DNA of 64,000 nt, taken from positions 70,318 to 134,317 of the forward strand of contig DUEE01000007.1 of NCBI GenBank assembly GCA_011170285.1, given 5' to 3'. Position numbers and translations under genes: made by a program. Origin of the DNA: Dehalococcoidia bacterium. Its GTDB lineage: Bacteria > Chloroflexota > Dehalococcoidia > Dehalococcoidales > W498. Positions 25,225-34,841 of this stretch are shown here, in pieces (the first letter of the stretch is position 1; every line of letters begins with the position of its first letter). The notes beneath the pieces were generated by a model. The model did no database searches, was not told where the DNA came from, and saw nothing but the letters and a program-made list of their open reading frames with translations.

Positions 25225-25485
25225 ATGGCAACTATTTTTGAGCGGATAAAAAAGATAGTCGTGGAGCAACTAGGTGTGGAGGGTGAGGATGTGGTTCCCT
25301 CGGCTAGCTTTGTTAACGATTTGGGTGCTGATTCTCTGGATTTAGTAGAACTGATAATGTCACTGGAAGAGGAGTTTAGTAATCCTTCTCAGAAGATTGA
25401 GATACCAGACGAGGATGCCGAAAAGATGGTAACTATTCAGGATGCTATTGATTACCTTACAGACCTGGGGATTAAGGATGATTAA
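25225..25485 (+). CDS. acpP: Acyl carrier protein
   Basis: '[19 protein letters not shown]' phosphopantetheine site. I chose the ATG at 25225 after the AGGAGG; the track ORF starts at a TTG at 25219. Confidence 0.9.
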   Translation: MATIFERIKKIVVEQLGVEGEDVVPSASFVNDLGADSLDLVELIMSLEEEFSNPSQKIEIPDEDAEKMVTIQDAIDYLTDLGIKDD

Positions 25486-25499
25486 ATAGGAATGTCAAA

Positions 25500-26201
25500 G
25501 TGATTAAAGCAATATTTCTTGACTGGTTTAATACTCTCGCCCGTTATGAACCGCCTCACTACGAAATACATAGACGAGCTTGTCAACATTTTAGTATTGA
25601 AGTATCACCTGAGAAAATAATGAGGGGCGTTTTGCTTGCTGATAGGTATTTCTTTGAGGAAAATACTCTGTCACCGGTGGAGAAGAGAAGCCATGAGGAA
25701 AAGGCTGAGGTTTACATTCGTTACGAGGACATAGCATTAACTGAGGCTGGAATTGATGTCCCCCAAGAACTAGCTTTGAAAATTATGAAGAAGGCAAATC
25801 AATTATTTGAGGGAATGACCTTTACTCTCTTTGATGATGTATTGCCAACCTTGAAAACATTAAAGGAGCGAAATTTCATTTTAGGCATGATAACCAATCT
25901 GTCCATGGATATGAATCCTATTTGTCGTGAGCTAGGTCTGGAGACTTATCTTGACTTTGTAGTTTCCTCCGGGCAGGTGGGCGCTGACAAGCCTGAGCCG
26001 GCTATTTTCCTGGCGGCATTAGAGCGAGCCGGGGTAAATGCTTCCCAATCAATACATGTCGGTGACCAGTACAAATTAGATGTAGTTGGTGCCAGAGGGG
26101 TAGGCATTAATCCTATACTTATAGACCGCTACAATTTATACACTGAAGTCAGTGACTGTCCCCGGATTCGCAGCTTAACTGAGCTAGCCCAATACCTTTA
26201 G
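25500..26201 (+). CDS. HAD-superfamily hydrolase (subfamily IA-like)
   Basis: 'IFLDWFNTL' motif I variant, 'ITNLS' motif II, 'KPEPAIF' and 'VGDQYKLDVVGA' motifs III/IV. Confidence 0.8.
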   Translation: MIKAIFLDWFNTLARYEPPHYEIHRRACQHFSIEVSPEKIMRGVLLADRYFFEENTLSPVEKRSHEEKAEVYIRYEDIALTEAGIDVPQELALKIMKKANQLFEGMTFTLFDDVLPTLKTLKERNFILGMITNLSMDMNPICRELGLETYLDFVVSSGQVGADKPEPAIFLAALERAGVNASQSIHVGDQYKLDVVGARGVGINPILIDRYNLYTEVSDCPRIRSLTELAQYL

Positions 26202-26214
26202 CGGTTGGTTCTGC

Positions 26215-27750
26215 TTAGCCGTTAGGTTCTGATTGTTCCAATACTGGGTCATTACCAGTTGGTACGCTAATGTATTTCTCAACAATCTTGCGGAAATGGA
26301 ATCCGTAGACGGCAAGGCTTATAGATAAAGGGAATGACCGAGGCTGTCTCAATAAGGTTGAAGCCAGAAGCTTCCAATAATACCTTCTACCCTTTTCTTT
26401 AATACCTAAAAACCATATAGACTTAAAAAATGCCTTGATATGGTAAAAATGAACCTGGGGTCTCGCCTTTCTTTTTTGAGGTTTATACTCCTTTAGAAGT
26501 GTTTTGACCCGTTCATAATAGGGCTTGGGTGAATAAATCGTATTTAGGATATGCTTATAGCCATTTATTAGAGTCTCATAGTTCATCTTAGGTATGAAGT
26601 TGAGCGAGCAGTCGGTATTGTCACCTGTAAATGTCTTCAACAGGCGGTTCTCCTTTTTGAGACGCTGGTATAGTCTGGTACCACGAGGCGCATTTAGTAA
26701 ACCGACCATGGCGGTAACAATGCCGCTCTTTTGAATAAAATTGATTTGGTTTTTAAAGATTGAGATAGGGTCACTGTCAAAGCCGACGATAAATCCTCCC
26801 TGAACCTCCAAGCCGTAGTTTTGAATTTTCCTGACCGAATCAACTAAATCACGATTTATATTGGTAAACTTATTACACTCAACCAGACTTTCTTCATTGG
26901 GGGTTTCAATACCAACAAACACTGTGTTGAACCCTGCCCTGACCATCAATTGCATTAGCTCTTCATCATCAGCTAGATTTATAGATGCTTCGGTATTAAA
27001 GGCAAAGGGAAATTTTTTCTCCTCCATCCATTCAATTATTGCCGGCAGCGTTTCTGCCTTTAATTTTTTCTTGTTGCCGATGAAGTTATCATCAACAATA
27101 AACACACCAGCCCGCCACCCCAGACTATATAGTGCATCCAGTTCTGCCACTATTTGGTCTCCATTCTTGGTTCGTGGCTTATGACCGTTTAGTATGATAA
27201 TATCGCAGAATTCACAATTAAAAGGACAGCCCCGAGAATATTGAATATTCATTGACGAGTATTTTTTCATGTTGATAAGCGACCATAGTGGGATAGGCGT
27301 TTCTCTAATGTCAGGTCGTTCATCGGATGTGTATATATGTTGGGCACACCCCTTCTCCAAATCTTCCAAGAAGGGAGGCAGGGTAATTTCGGCCTCACCG
27401 AGCACAAAATGGTCTATCCCATCAAACTCTTCGTAACCGGTAGTAAACAGGGGACCGCCGGCAACAACCTTGGTATTGAGTTTCTTACATCTGGCAATCA
27501 CTTCCTTCACTGAATCCCCTTGCACCACCATAGCGCTGATAAATACATAATCAGCCCACTTAAGGCCTTCGTCTTTCAGGGTGGTTACATTCATATCTAC
27601 CAGCTTTTTCTCCCACTTTTTGGGGAGCATGGTAGCTATAGTTAATAGACCCAGAGGCGGGAAGGCTGCCTTTTTAGAAATAAATTTAAGGGCGTGACTA
27701 AAACTCCAGAAGGTGTCTGGATAATGCGGATAAACCAGTAGTATTTTCAA
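26215..27750 (-). CDS. B12-binding-domain radical SAM protein (with a DUF4070-like C-terminus)
   Basis: N-terminal Rossmann-like 'KILLVYPHY..' region and a 'YSRGCPFNCEFCD' CX3CX2C cluster. Confidence 0.85.
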   Translation of the reverse strand: MKILLVYPHYPDTFWSFSHALKFISKKAAFPPLGLLTIATMLPKKWEKKLVDMNVTTLKDEGLKWADYVFISAMVVQGDSVKEVIARCKKLNTKVVAGGPLFTTGYEEFDGIDHFVLGEAEITLPPFLEDLEKGCAQHIYTSDERPDIRETPIPLWSLINMKKYSSMNIQYSRGCPFNCEFCDIIILNGHKPRTKNGDQIVAELDALYSLGWRAGVFIVDDNFIGNKKKLKAETLPAIIEWMEEKKFPFAFNTEASINLADDEELMQLMVRAGFNTVFVGIETPNEESLVECNKFTNINRDLVDSVRKIQNYGLEVQGGFIVGFDSDPISIFKNQINFIQKSGIVTAMVGLLNAPRGTRLYQRLKKENRLLKTFTGDNTDCSLNFIPKMNYETLINGYKHILNTIYSPKPYYERVKTLLKEYKPQKRKARPQVHFYHIKAFFKSIWFLGIKEKGRRYYWKLLASTLLRQPRSFPLSISLAVYGFHFRKIVEKYISVPTGNDPVLEQSEPNG

Positions 27751-27837
27751 ATTATCCTCCTTTTAGTCGAGCCTAAGTGATAAAAAACTTGCATATTATA
27801 GCACCTTCCTTATTATGAAGTAAAGGCTAGGGGTTAT

Positions 27838-27920
27838 TTATTAACCCCATCCCCTGTATCCCCTTCCCCTTGATAAGGGGAAGGGGAATTAGTTATGTAA
27901 GAGAGGCTTCGCCTCTCTTT
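27838..27920. repeat. PQ palindromic element
   Basis: Head ttattaaccccatcccctgtatcccc, P ccccttccccttgataaggggaagggg (27860-27886), Q aagagaggcttcgcctctctt (27899-27919). Confidence 0.85.
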
Positions 27921-28046
27921 GACTCTCCTTTTGCTCCTTCCCCTTTAATCCCCCCTCTTTGAGATTGGGAAGGATATTAAAAGGGAGGAGCTTCGTTCGT
28001 CATAGGTGGACTCTGTCTAGCGTCGCAATCTAATGCGAAAAGTAAT

Positions 28047-28090
28047 GTCATTGTGAGGAGTCCTTCCCAGAAGGACGATGAATCAATCTC
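28047..28090. repeat. R-type repeat unit
   Basis: gtcattgtgaggagtccttcccagaaggacgatgaatcaatctc. Confidence 0.8.
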
Positions 28091-28120
28091 AAAAGATAAA
28101 ATAGTTTTTAGGTAACCCTC

Positions 28121-28216
28121 CCCCTTTATCCTTCACCTGTGAAGGATTTATCCCCCTCCCTTGATAAGGGATGGGGAAAATATTAAAAAAGAGGGGTAGC
28201 CCGTCTTAAATTCTCC
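28121..28216. repeat. PQ palindromic element (variant)
   Basis: Head ggtaaccctcccccttt, atccttcacctgtgaaggat hairpin (28138-28157), P-like ccccctcccttgataagggatgggg, Q-like agaggggtagcccgtct. Confidence 0.75.
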
Positions 28217-28304
28217 TTGAAAAACGAGATCAGCTCTGCACCCAGGGGAATCCAAATTTTTGTGGAAGTTTGGTTCACAATCCTAGCTAACCAGAAACGT
28301 CAGG

Positions 28305-29243
28305 TTAGGTTTTCAGCGTTCCCTTATTTTTTGATAGATAGTGAGCATATCTCTCGATAAGGTTCTTAGCTTCTTTTTGACAAGCTGTTAAGTGTTCCCT
28401 CGTAACCACATTGGGAGTAGCCAGAGTAGCCTGTCTTTTTGAATGGGCGACGTCATAATCGTTCCTAACTTTGTATAATGGAAGTATATTCTGTCGAAAT
28501 TCCTCGTTACTCATACCGAGTTTTTTATAAAAGCTCTGAAAGCGTTTCCCCTCCATTTTCTCACCAAGAATAATGGCGATAACCTTCCAGAAATTAAGAA
28601 ATGTCTCAGCTCTAAGCGAGGTCTCAGAAAGAGAAAGAGGGTCAAAAGGATTGAGAATCGAGTATCGAGAGTCTTCCAGGAGTTCGCAAAATAATAATCC
28701 CTTGCCAAAATATTCGAGTGCTTTAGAAATACGGTTTTCTGAATATACTGTTTTTGAGGCACTTTCAAACTCGCTTAGTTGTTTACGTAGATTGTCCAAG
28801 TTATAAAATCTTAGGCTCCCAAGTTTTACAAGTTTAGGAATTGGTATTCTTTCGCCAACTACATTAGTAGCTTGAACTAAGGTATATCTAATAAATGTGT
28901 TCTGTGAGAAGGAAAGGTAGAGAATAAGTCTTTTCAAGGCAGGGATAAGCTTTGATTCTGCTTCTTCTAGAGAATGTCCTGGTACTGAGACGAATAGAAA
29001 GTTATCGCTGAAGCGGAAGATAGCTCCATCGATATTAAGCGGCAAGTCTAGCTTCTTATCTAAAGCTCGCAATCTAGATTGTGTACCCCAGCTCACAATA
29101 TTCATTGTTCGGCTGTCAAGTATAGGCGAGACTATCTGATCGCCTTCTTCCGCAGAGATAATCGTTTTACCAGCCTCTTCGATACCAAATATTCCCGCAG
29201 GTTCGACTAAAAATACAAAGTCAAAAGTAGTCAATTCTTTCAT
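28305..29243 (-). CDS. Hypothetical protein with a C-terminal HEPN-like Rx6H motif
   Basis: 312-aa ORF that looks AT-richer than its neighbours. 'LYKVRNDYDVAHSK' fits the HEPN Rx4-6H (RN..AH) signature in a predicted helical C-terminus. No partner gene. Confidence 0.5.
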   Translation of the reverse strand: MKELTTFDFVFLVEPAGIFGIEEAGKTIISAEEGDQIVSPILDSRTMNIVSWGTQSRLRALDKKLDLPLNIDGAIFRFSDNFLFVSVPGHSLEEAESKLIPALKRLILYLSFSQNTFIRYTLVQATNVVGERIPIPKLVKLGSLRFYNLDNLRKQLSEFESASKTVYSENRISKALEYFGKGLLFCELLEDSRYSILNPFDPLSLSETSLRAETFLNFWKVIAIILGEKMEGKRFQSFYKKLGMSNEEFRQNILPLYKVRNDYDVAHSKRQATLATPNVVTREHLTACQKEAKNLIERYAHYLSKNKGTLKT

Positions 29244-29357
29244 CTACCAAATCGATCCATATTTTTGCTTCTGAATACCTAAAGTTCGGCTCATTATGTA
29301 TCTGTTAGGTTCGGGAAAGGCAAACTTGCTCCCAGAGGAGGATCCGAACTAATTATA

Positions 29358-32300
29358 TCACGATATGTCTTGTAATACTTCTTCCAGTACCTTTTGCCAT
29401 TCTCTACCCAGACGTTTGGGGTTTAGGCGGAGCTGGGTTAGACCTACCTTTATGCCGTCTTTTGAGAAAGGCTCAAGTTGTTGTTTATTAAACTGCAAGC
29501 CAGCAAATAGTCTGAGTACAATTTGACCTTCCTCGGTGGAGATGGATTCAATGCCAGCCTTAGCCGCCAGAATCTTAATCTTTACTGCGTAGAGCAGGTT
29601 TTTTAACTCTATGGGCAGTGTGCCAAATCTATCGCTACATTCAGAAGCCAGGTCTTCTACTTGCTCTACCTTATTTACCTTTACCAGGCTCTGGTAGAGG
29701 CTTAGCCTTGTGTTGAGGTCAGAGACATATTCCTGAGGGATATATGCGGAGAGGGGCAGGTCTATAGTCGGTAGTGGCAGGCGTGATGGCTTCCCGCCTA
29801 GGGCGGGCTTTACCTTTTCTTCAGATATACCAGCCTGCTTAGCTTTTTGTTGCTCAACTGACTCAGCCAGCAGCCGACAGTAAAGGCTGAAGCCAACGGC
29901 AGATATATGCCCACTTTGTTTTGCTCCAAGTAGGGTTCCAGCACCTCTAATCTCCAGGTCTTTTATAGCGATGCTAAAACCGGCTCCCAGTTCTGTAGCT
30001 TCAAATATAGTCCTCAGCCGCTTCTCGGCAGTTGGGGTTAGAAGCTTCCCCTTATCATGAAGAAAATAGGCATAGGCGAGATTGGCACCACGACCTACCC
30101 GACCGCGAAGTTGATATAGCTGGGTTAGACCAAATTTATCGGCTTTATTAACAATGATGGTATTAACATTGGGCATATCCAGTCCCGATTCAATAATAGT
30201 GGTGCATACCAGGATGTCGCTCTTACCCTGAGTAAAGTCTGCCATTACCGACTCCAGCTCTACCTCAGGCATCTGACCGTGAGCGATGGCTATCTCAGTC
30301 TCAGGCACTAAAGATTGGAGCTTATTGGCAATATGGGTTATGCTTTGGACTCGATTGTGAACAAAGAACACCTGACCGTTTCTTTCTAGCTCTCTAAGTA
30401 TGGCTTGTCTGATGAGTGGGTCATCATATTCGGCGACATAGGTTTTAATGGGTTGGCGTTCTTCCGGTGGGGTTTCCATAATGCTCATATCTCTCACCTC
30501 TACCAGGGACATATGGAGGGTGCGGGGTATTGGGGTAGCGGTGAGGGTGAGAACATCTACTTCTTGCCTCATCTGTTTAAGGTGTTCCTTATGGGCTACG
30601 CCAAAGCGCTGCTCTTCATCAATGATTAACAGCCCCAAGTCTTTGAATATCACATCCTTTTGTAGTAAACGGTGGGTACCGATGCAGATGTCTACCGTTC
30701 CACTAGCCAGGCCATCAATGATAGCCTGCTGCTCTTTTGGTGTTCGAAACCGACTTAATACCTCAATTCTTATCGGGAAGGCATCTAGTCTGTGGCTGAA
30801 TGTGGAGAAGTGCTGCTCGGCTAGCACTGTAGTTGGCACCAGTATTGCTACTTGCTTATTATTCATCACTGCCTTAAAGGCAGCACGGATGGCTACTTCA
30901 GTCTTACCATAGCCAACATCACCGCAGATCAGCCGGTCCATAGGTCTGGGTTTTACCATATCTTCCTTTACCTCTCGCTGCGCCTTTATCTGGTCAGGGG
31001 TCTCAACATAGAGGAAGGAGGCTTCAAGCTCTTGCTGCCAAACAGTGTCAGGAGAAAAGGCAAAGCCGGACACGACCTCTCGGGCAGCGTAGAGAGCTAA
31101 TAGCTCCTGAGCAATGTCTTCTATTGACTCCCTGACCCGTTGCTTGGTTCGTGACCATTCCTGAGTGCCCAGTCGGTTCAGTGCTGGTGGTTGTTCGCCA
31201 GCTCCTATATAGCGGTTGACACGGTCTATCTGGTCGGTGGGGACATAGAGCTTATCACCGCTAGCGTATCCCAAAACCAGGTATTCCTTTTGGCTGTTAT
31301 TGGTTCTCATTGTGGTAACACCGGCAAATCGGGCAATGCCGTGCTCAATATGCACTACATAGTCGCCCGGGGTCATGTCAATAAAGAGCTTGTGGTGGGG
31401 GACCGGTCGTTTTCTTATCAGCCGCCGTTGCTTAATAAATCCGAAGATTTCAGCGTCGGTATAGAGGTGGGTGTCATTATTCATAACCCAGCCTTCAGCT
31501 AGCGAACCCTGGAGTAGGGTCAGTGAGCCGGGTGGGGGTATTTGATTGATTTCGATAAGGGGAGGGGCAATCATATCTTCCTCTTCAAGCAGCTCTGATA
31601 GTCGGCTTGCCTGATGGGTGACGAGGATGAGCCGGTGTTTTTGGTTTAAGAAGTGCTTAGCCTTTTTGATGAACCCGTCTAGCTGTCCGGCATAGCTTTG
31701 GGTAGGAGTGAAGTTCAGTTGGTATGGTTGTTCATTATCACTGATACCCCAGGTGGTGAGCGCTAAGCTCTGCCTATCTCCTATTCTCGGCTCTAGTTCT
31801 TTCCAGGTGAAATATGGTATGGGAAAATTATGGGGCAGTTCTCCCCGCTCCAGCTTCTCGCCACGCAACTCGTTGGTTTGAACATCCAGGTCTTCTACTG
31901 CCAGTTTAATGTTCATCGGTTCATCCAGTATTAGAAGGCTATTCGGGGGTAGGTAGTTCAGGATGCTGTCCTTATTGAATAGCGGGGCATAAAACTGGAT
32001 GCTACTGGGTCTTTGCTTATCAAGCAGTATAGCCAGTTCTTGTTTAAACTGCTGGCGTGTCTCAGGGGCACAATTAGACAGGTCGATATTATTGATGACT
32101 GGCTCGAGCTCTGGCTTGTTACTCAATAGCAGTTCTGTAGCTGGACCAACAGCTATGGATGATACTGCCGTTAGCGAGCGCTGACTTGATGGGTCGAAGA
32201 ATCGGATACTATCTATGGTGTTACCGAAGAATTCAAGCCTGGCTGGGAGGTTACTGGTGGGGGGGAAGATGTCAATGATACCACCGCGGTGACTTATAGT

Positions 32301-32858
32301 GCCTGGCACCTCTACTATGCTTTCCAAGCTGTAGCCTATAGCCTGCCATTGGCTCAGCAGATTAAATGGCTCGACTTCCATGCCTAACTTTATAGTGTGG
32401 CATATGGAGGTGAAATCACCATATAGAGTTATCTTTTGCATAAGTGCCGGGGCTGAGGCGACAACTAGAGGGGCGGCTATATCAGGCTCACCAGTTATAT
32501 TAGCTAAAGCTGACAGTACCCGCACTCTTTCCAGTTCTATGGAGGTATCTGAGGCAATGCGCTGGTAGGGCAGGGCGTCGGGCTCAGGAAAGAGCTTTAC
32601 CTGGCTAGAATTACACCAGGTTAAAAGTTGTTCATAGAGCTTTTTACAGTTTTCCGGTTGTGCGGTAACTACCAGCATAGCTAATCGCAGGCTGTGGTGT
32701 AGAGCAGCTATGAGATAGGGCTTGGCGGTATTGAGCACTGCTACCCTGGTATTGCCTTTGGGCTGCTTTAACTCATGTATAAGCTGGTGATAGGCAGGCA
32801 TTTCCTCAATGAGATGTAATAGTGGAGTTAAGTCTGGTTGCATTCCCCCCCCAAACAC
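29358..32858 (-). CDS. mfd: Transcription-repair coupling factor
   Basis: 1166 aa. 'GDVGYGKTEVA' Walker A, 'IIDEEQRFGV' DEEQ box, 'TATPIPRT', and the TRG region 'LRGRVGRG'. Confidence 0.95.
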   Translation of the reverse strand: MFGGGMQPDLTPLLHLIEEMPAYHQLIHELKQPKGNTRVAVLNTAKPYLIAALHHSLRLAMLVVTAQPENCKKLYEQLLTWCNSSQVKLFPEPDALPYQRIASDTSIELERVRVLSALANITGEPDIAAPLVVASAPALMQKITLYGDFTSICHTIKLGMEVEPFNLLSQWQAIGYSLESIVEVPGTISHRGGIIDIFPPTSNLPARLEFFGNTIDSIRFFDPSSQRSLTAVSSIAVGPATELLLSNKPELEPVINNIDLSNCAPETRQQFKQELAILLDKQRPSSIQFYAPLFNKDSILNYLPPNSLLILDEPMNIKLAVEDLDVQTNELRGEKLERGELPHNFPIPYFTWKELEPRIGDRQSLALTTWGISDNEQPYQLNFTPTQSYAGQLDGFIKKAKHFLNQKHRLILVTHQASRLSELLEEEDMIAPPLIEINQIPPPGSLTLLQGSLAEGWVMNNDTHLYTDAEIFGFIKQRRLIRKRPVPHHKLFIDMTPGDYVVHIEHGIARFAGVTTMRTNNSQKEYLVLGYASGDKLYVPTDQIDRVNRYIGAGEQPPALNRLGTQEWSRTKQRVRESIEDIAQELLALYAAREVVSGFAFSPDTVWQQELEASFLYVETPDQIKAQREVKEDMVKPRPMDRLICGDVGYGKTEVAIRAAFKAVMNNKQVAILVPTTVLAEQHFSTFSHRLDAFPIRIEVLSRFRTPKEQQAIIDGLASGTVDICIGTHRLLQKDVIFKDLGLLIIDEEQRFGVAHKEHLKQMRQEVDVLTLTATPIPRTLHMSLVEVRDMSIMETPPEERQPIKTYVAEYDDPLIRQAILRELERNGQVFFVHNRVQSITHIANKLQSLVPETEIAIAHGQMPEVELESVMADFTQGKSDILVCTTIIESGLDMPNVNTIIVNKADKFGLTQLYQLRGRVGRGANLAYAYFLHDKGKLLTPTAEKRLRTIFEATELGAGFSIAIKDLEIRGAGTLLGAKQSGHISAVGFSLYCRLLAESVEQQKAKQAGISEEKVKPALGGKPSRLPLPTIDLPLSAYIPQEYVSDLNTRLSLYQSLVKVNKVEQVEDLASECSDRFGTLPIELKNLLYAVKIKILAAKAGIESISTEEGQIVLRLFAGLQFNKQQLEPFSKDGIKVGLTQLRLNPKRLGREWQKVLEEVLQDIS

Positions 32859-33037
32859 CTATAGGGCTAGCCGAAACGGACTAACCCTCGGTTAAATTCT
32901 AGCACAGGGGTGGCGGAGGCAACAACTCTAGCTTGTTGCGAAATGGATTTTTGAAGGCGCACCCCTCTCTTGACTTAACTATAAGCCTACAAATATAATC
33001 TGGTAATAAAAATTAATGGTCGATGAAAGGAGGAAGA

Positions 33038-33205
33038 ATGGCAGACACTCTATTTTTGCTACTGTTTTGGTCTGGACCTATTGGGCTTGGTATTGGCCTT
33101 GCCCTCATAGGCACCTTCGTCTGGCTACTTGCAAAGGCTGATGAGATAAGTAAGCGCACAAAGGCATTTGTAAAGGAAAAGGGGCTGGAGAAGAAAAAGG
33201 AATAG
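33038..33205 (+). CDS. Small membrane protein (55 aa)
   Basis: 'MADTLFLLLFWSGPIGLGIGLALIGTFVWLL' TM helix with a Lys-rich tail. AGGAGG SD, and TTGACT-18-TATAAT upstream at about 32970-33000. Confidence 0.45.
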   Translation: MADTLFLLLFWSGPIGLGIGLALIGTFVWLLAKADEISKRTKAFVKEKGLEKKKE

Positions 33206-33278
33206 GTACCTCCAACGAAAGCATATTGCTAAATTCAGAGTAAAGATGCTGTCTATGGAATTTAGCGACAAGCTAAAC

Positions 33279-34493
33279 TCAGCTCTTAGTGACTATTAAG
33301 GCTACCACTAAAGCCAAAACCACAATGACTGAGCTTAATGCCAAGCCTAGCTCTACCCCCATTATTTCTCCTGCCCAGCCTATAATGGGTGCCCCGGTGG
33401 CAACCCCAGCGGTAAGGAGAGCATGAAACATTCCGGTTGCCATCCCACGCTCTTCAGGAATGGTGTGGTCGGCAACCAATGCTGAAATTGAGGGAAATAG
33501 TATGCCATAGGCTGTTCCGTATAATGCCATTACAACTGCCAGCAGTGAGAATGTTTCCAGTGAAGGCAACATCACCAGAGAAACTATACTGAGGCTTAGA
33601 CCTACACTAGTTGGTATCAGTCGCCCTACCCTGTCAGAGAGAGCCCCACTGGGAAACTGGACGATAATGAACATAATGGCGAAAGTAGCCAGTAACATCC
33701 CCACATGAAAGGTTTCCATTCCCAGACTTCTCACATAGAGCGGTAGAAGTGTAACCACACCTCCGAAGGCGAAGTATTGGGCGAATATAGAGCAGTAGGC
33801 GACAGTAAGCCCCCTTCTTCTAAGTAGACCTTTTACCTTCCTGAAACTTTCACTAATTGAGACCTTGGCTGCCATATTGCCCCTTTTTGAAGCCTTGGGC
33901 AGTAGGAGAGTTAGTGTCGCCCCTACGACTAACATTATTACCCCGAACATGAAGAGAGCCTGATAGCCCAGTTGAGAGACAATAACTCCGCTCAATCCAT
34001 AGCCGACTAAAGTGGCTGCAGCCAGGGACATGCCGTAGAAGCCCATCGCTCTGCCCTTTTGAGCCTTATCAGAATAATCGGCAGTAATAGACATAGTAGC
34101 CGGACCTATCAGTCCACCACTTGCCCCATGAATTACCCGCACTAAAGCCAGGTGAATTGGCAGTCGGCATATGGAATAGCAAAACATGCTCAAGGCATCT
34201 CCTATTAGCCCGGCCATCAATGGGACCTTATAGCCCACCCTATCAATCAATCTGCCAAACAAGATATTGGCTGGGGTATTGGTTATTGAATATAGACCTA
34301 TGATAAGTCCGATAATACCTACACTGGCGCCAAGCTTATAGGCATAAAGAGCTATGATTGGAATAAGCAGATGGGTGTCGAGAAATCCGAGGAAGGTTAT
34401 GACTGAGGTAATAGGTAATACCCTTCGGGCGTGACGGTGGCTTAATTTGTTCATCACTACCGACATAATATAGCATATGTTGAACTCACGCAT
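33279..34493 (-). CDS. MFS transporter
   Basis: About 12 TM segments. 'GRLIDRVGYK' and 'LSDRVGR' MFS loop 2-3/8-9 signatures. Confidence 0.85.
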   Translation of the reverse strand: MREFNICYIMSVVMNKLSHRHARRVLPITSVITFLGFLDTHLLIPIIALYAYKLGASVGIIGLIIGLYSITNTPANILFGRLIDRVGYKVPLMAGLIGDALSMFCYSICRLPIHLALVRVIHGASGGLIGPATMSITADYSDKAQKGRAMGFYGMSLAAATLVGYGLSGVIVSQLGYQALFMFGVIMLVVGATLTLLLPKASKRGNMAAKVSISESFRKVKGLLRRRGLTVAYCSIFAQYFAFGGVVTLLPLYVRSLGMETFHVGMLLATFAIMFIIVQFPSGALSDRVGRLIPTSVGLSLSIVSLVMLPSLETFSLLAVVMALYGTAYGILFPSISALVADHTIPEERGMATGMFHALLTAGVATGAPIIGWAGEIMGVELGLALSSVIVVLALVVALIVTKS

Positions 34494-34529
34494 AGGGGGT
34501 TATATCTATGCGTAAGAAAGTTAATTTAA

Positions 34530-34772
34530 CAATTATGCGATACCACTAGAGATTACATTCCTATCTATACCGAAGAATTAACTGTAAATGGTATACCGGC
34601 AATAGAGCATACTTACACTAAGAATGTTGCCCCAACTCCCTATAAATCCGTAGAAATATACCTAGTGGAGAACGGGATAGGATGGATATTAGCTATTGAT
34701 TGTCCCCAGAAGTCCTTTGATTTCTATAAGGCTACTTTTAATACCGTCCTTAATAGCTTTCGCCTTAGATAA
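34530..34772 (+). pseudogene. Start-less 3' gene fragment (81 codons), possibly a DUF1795/PsbP-like relic
   Basis: The frame QLCDTTRDYIPIYTEELTVNGIPAIEHTYTKNVAPTPYKSVEIYLVENGIGWILAIDCPQKSFDFYKATFNTVLNSFRLR* is open directly after a TAA and has no start codon. A 13-codon ATG ORF (MRKKVNLTIMRYH*) lies just upstream in another frame. Confidence 0.3.
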
Positions 34773-34841
34773 GAGTAATCTCCTTTGTTCAACTCGCCTT
34801 AGCCTGATATAATGGAGCAAATCTATTTGAGTTGGCCATAG

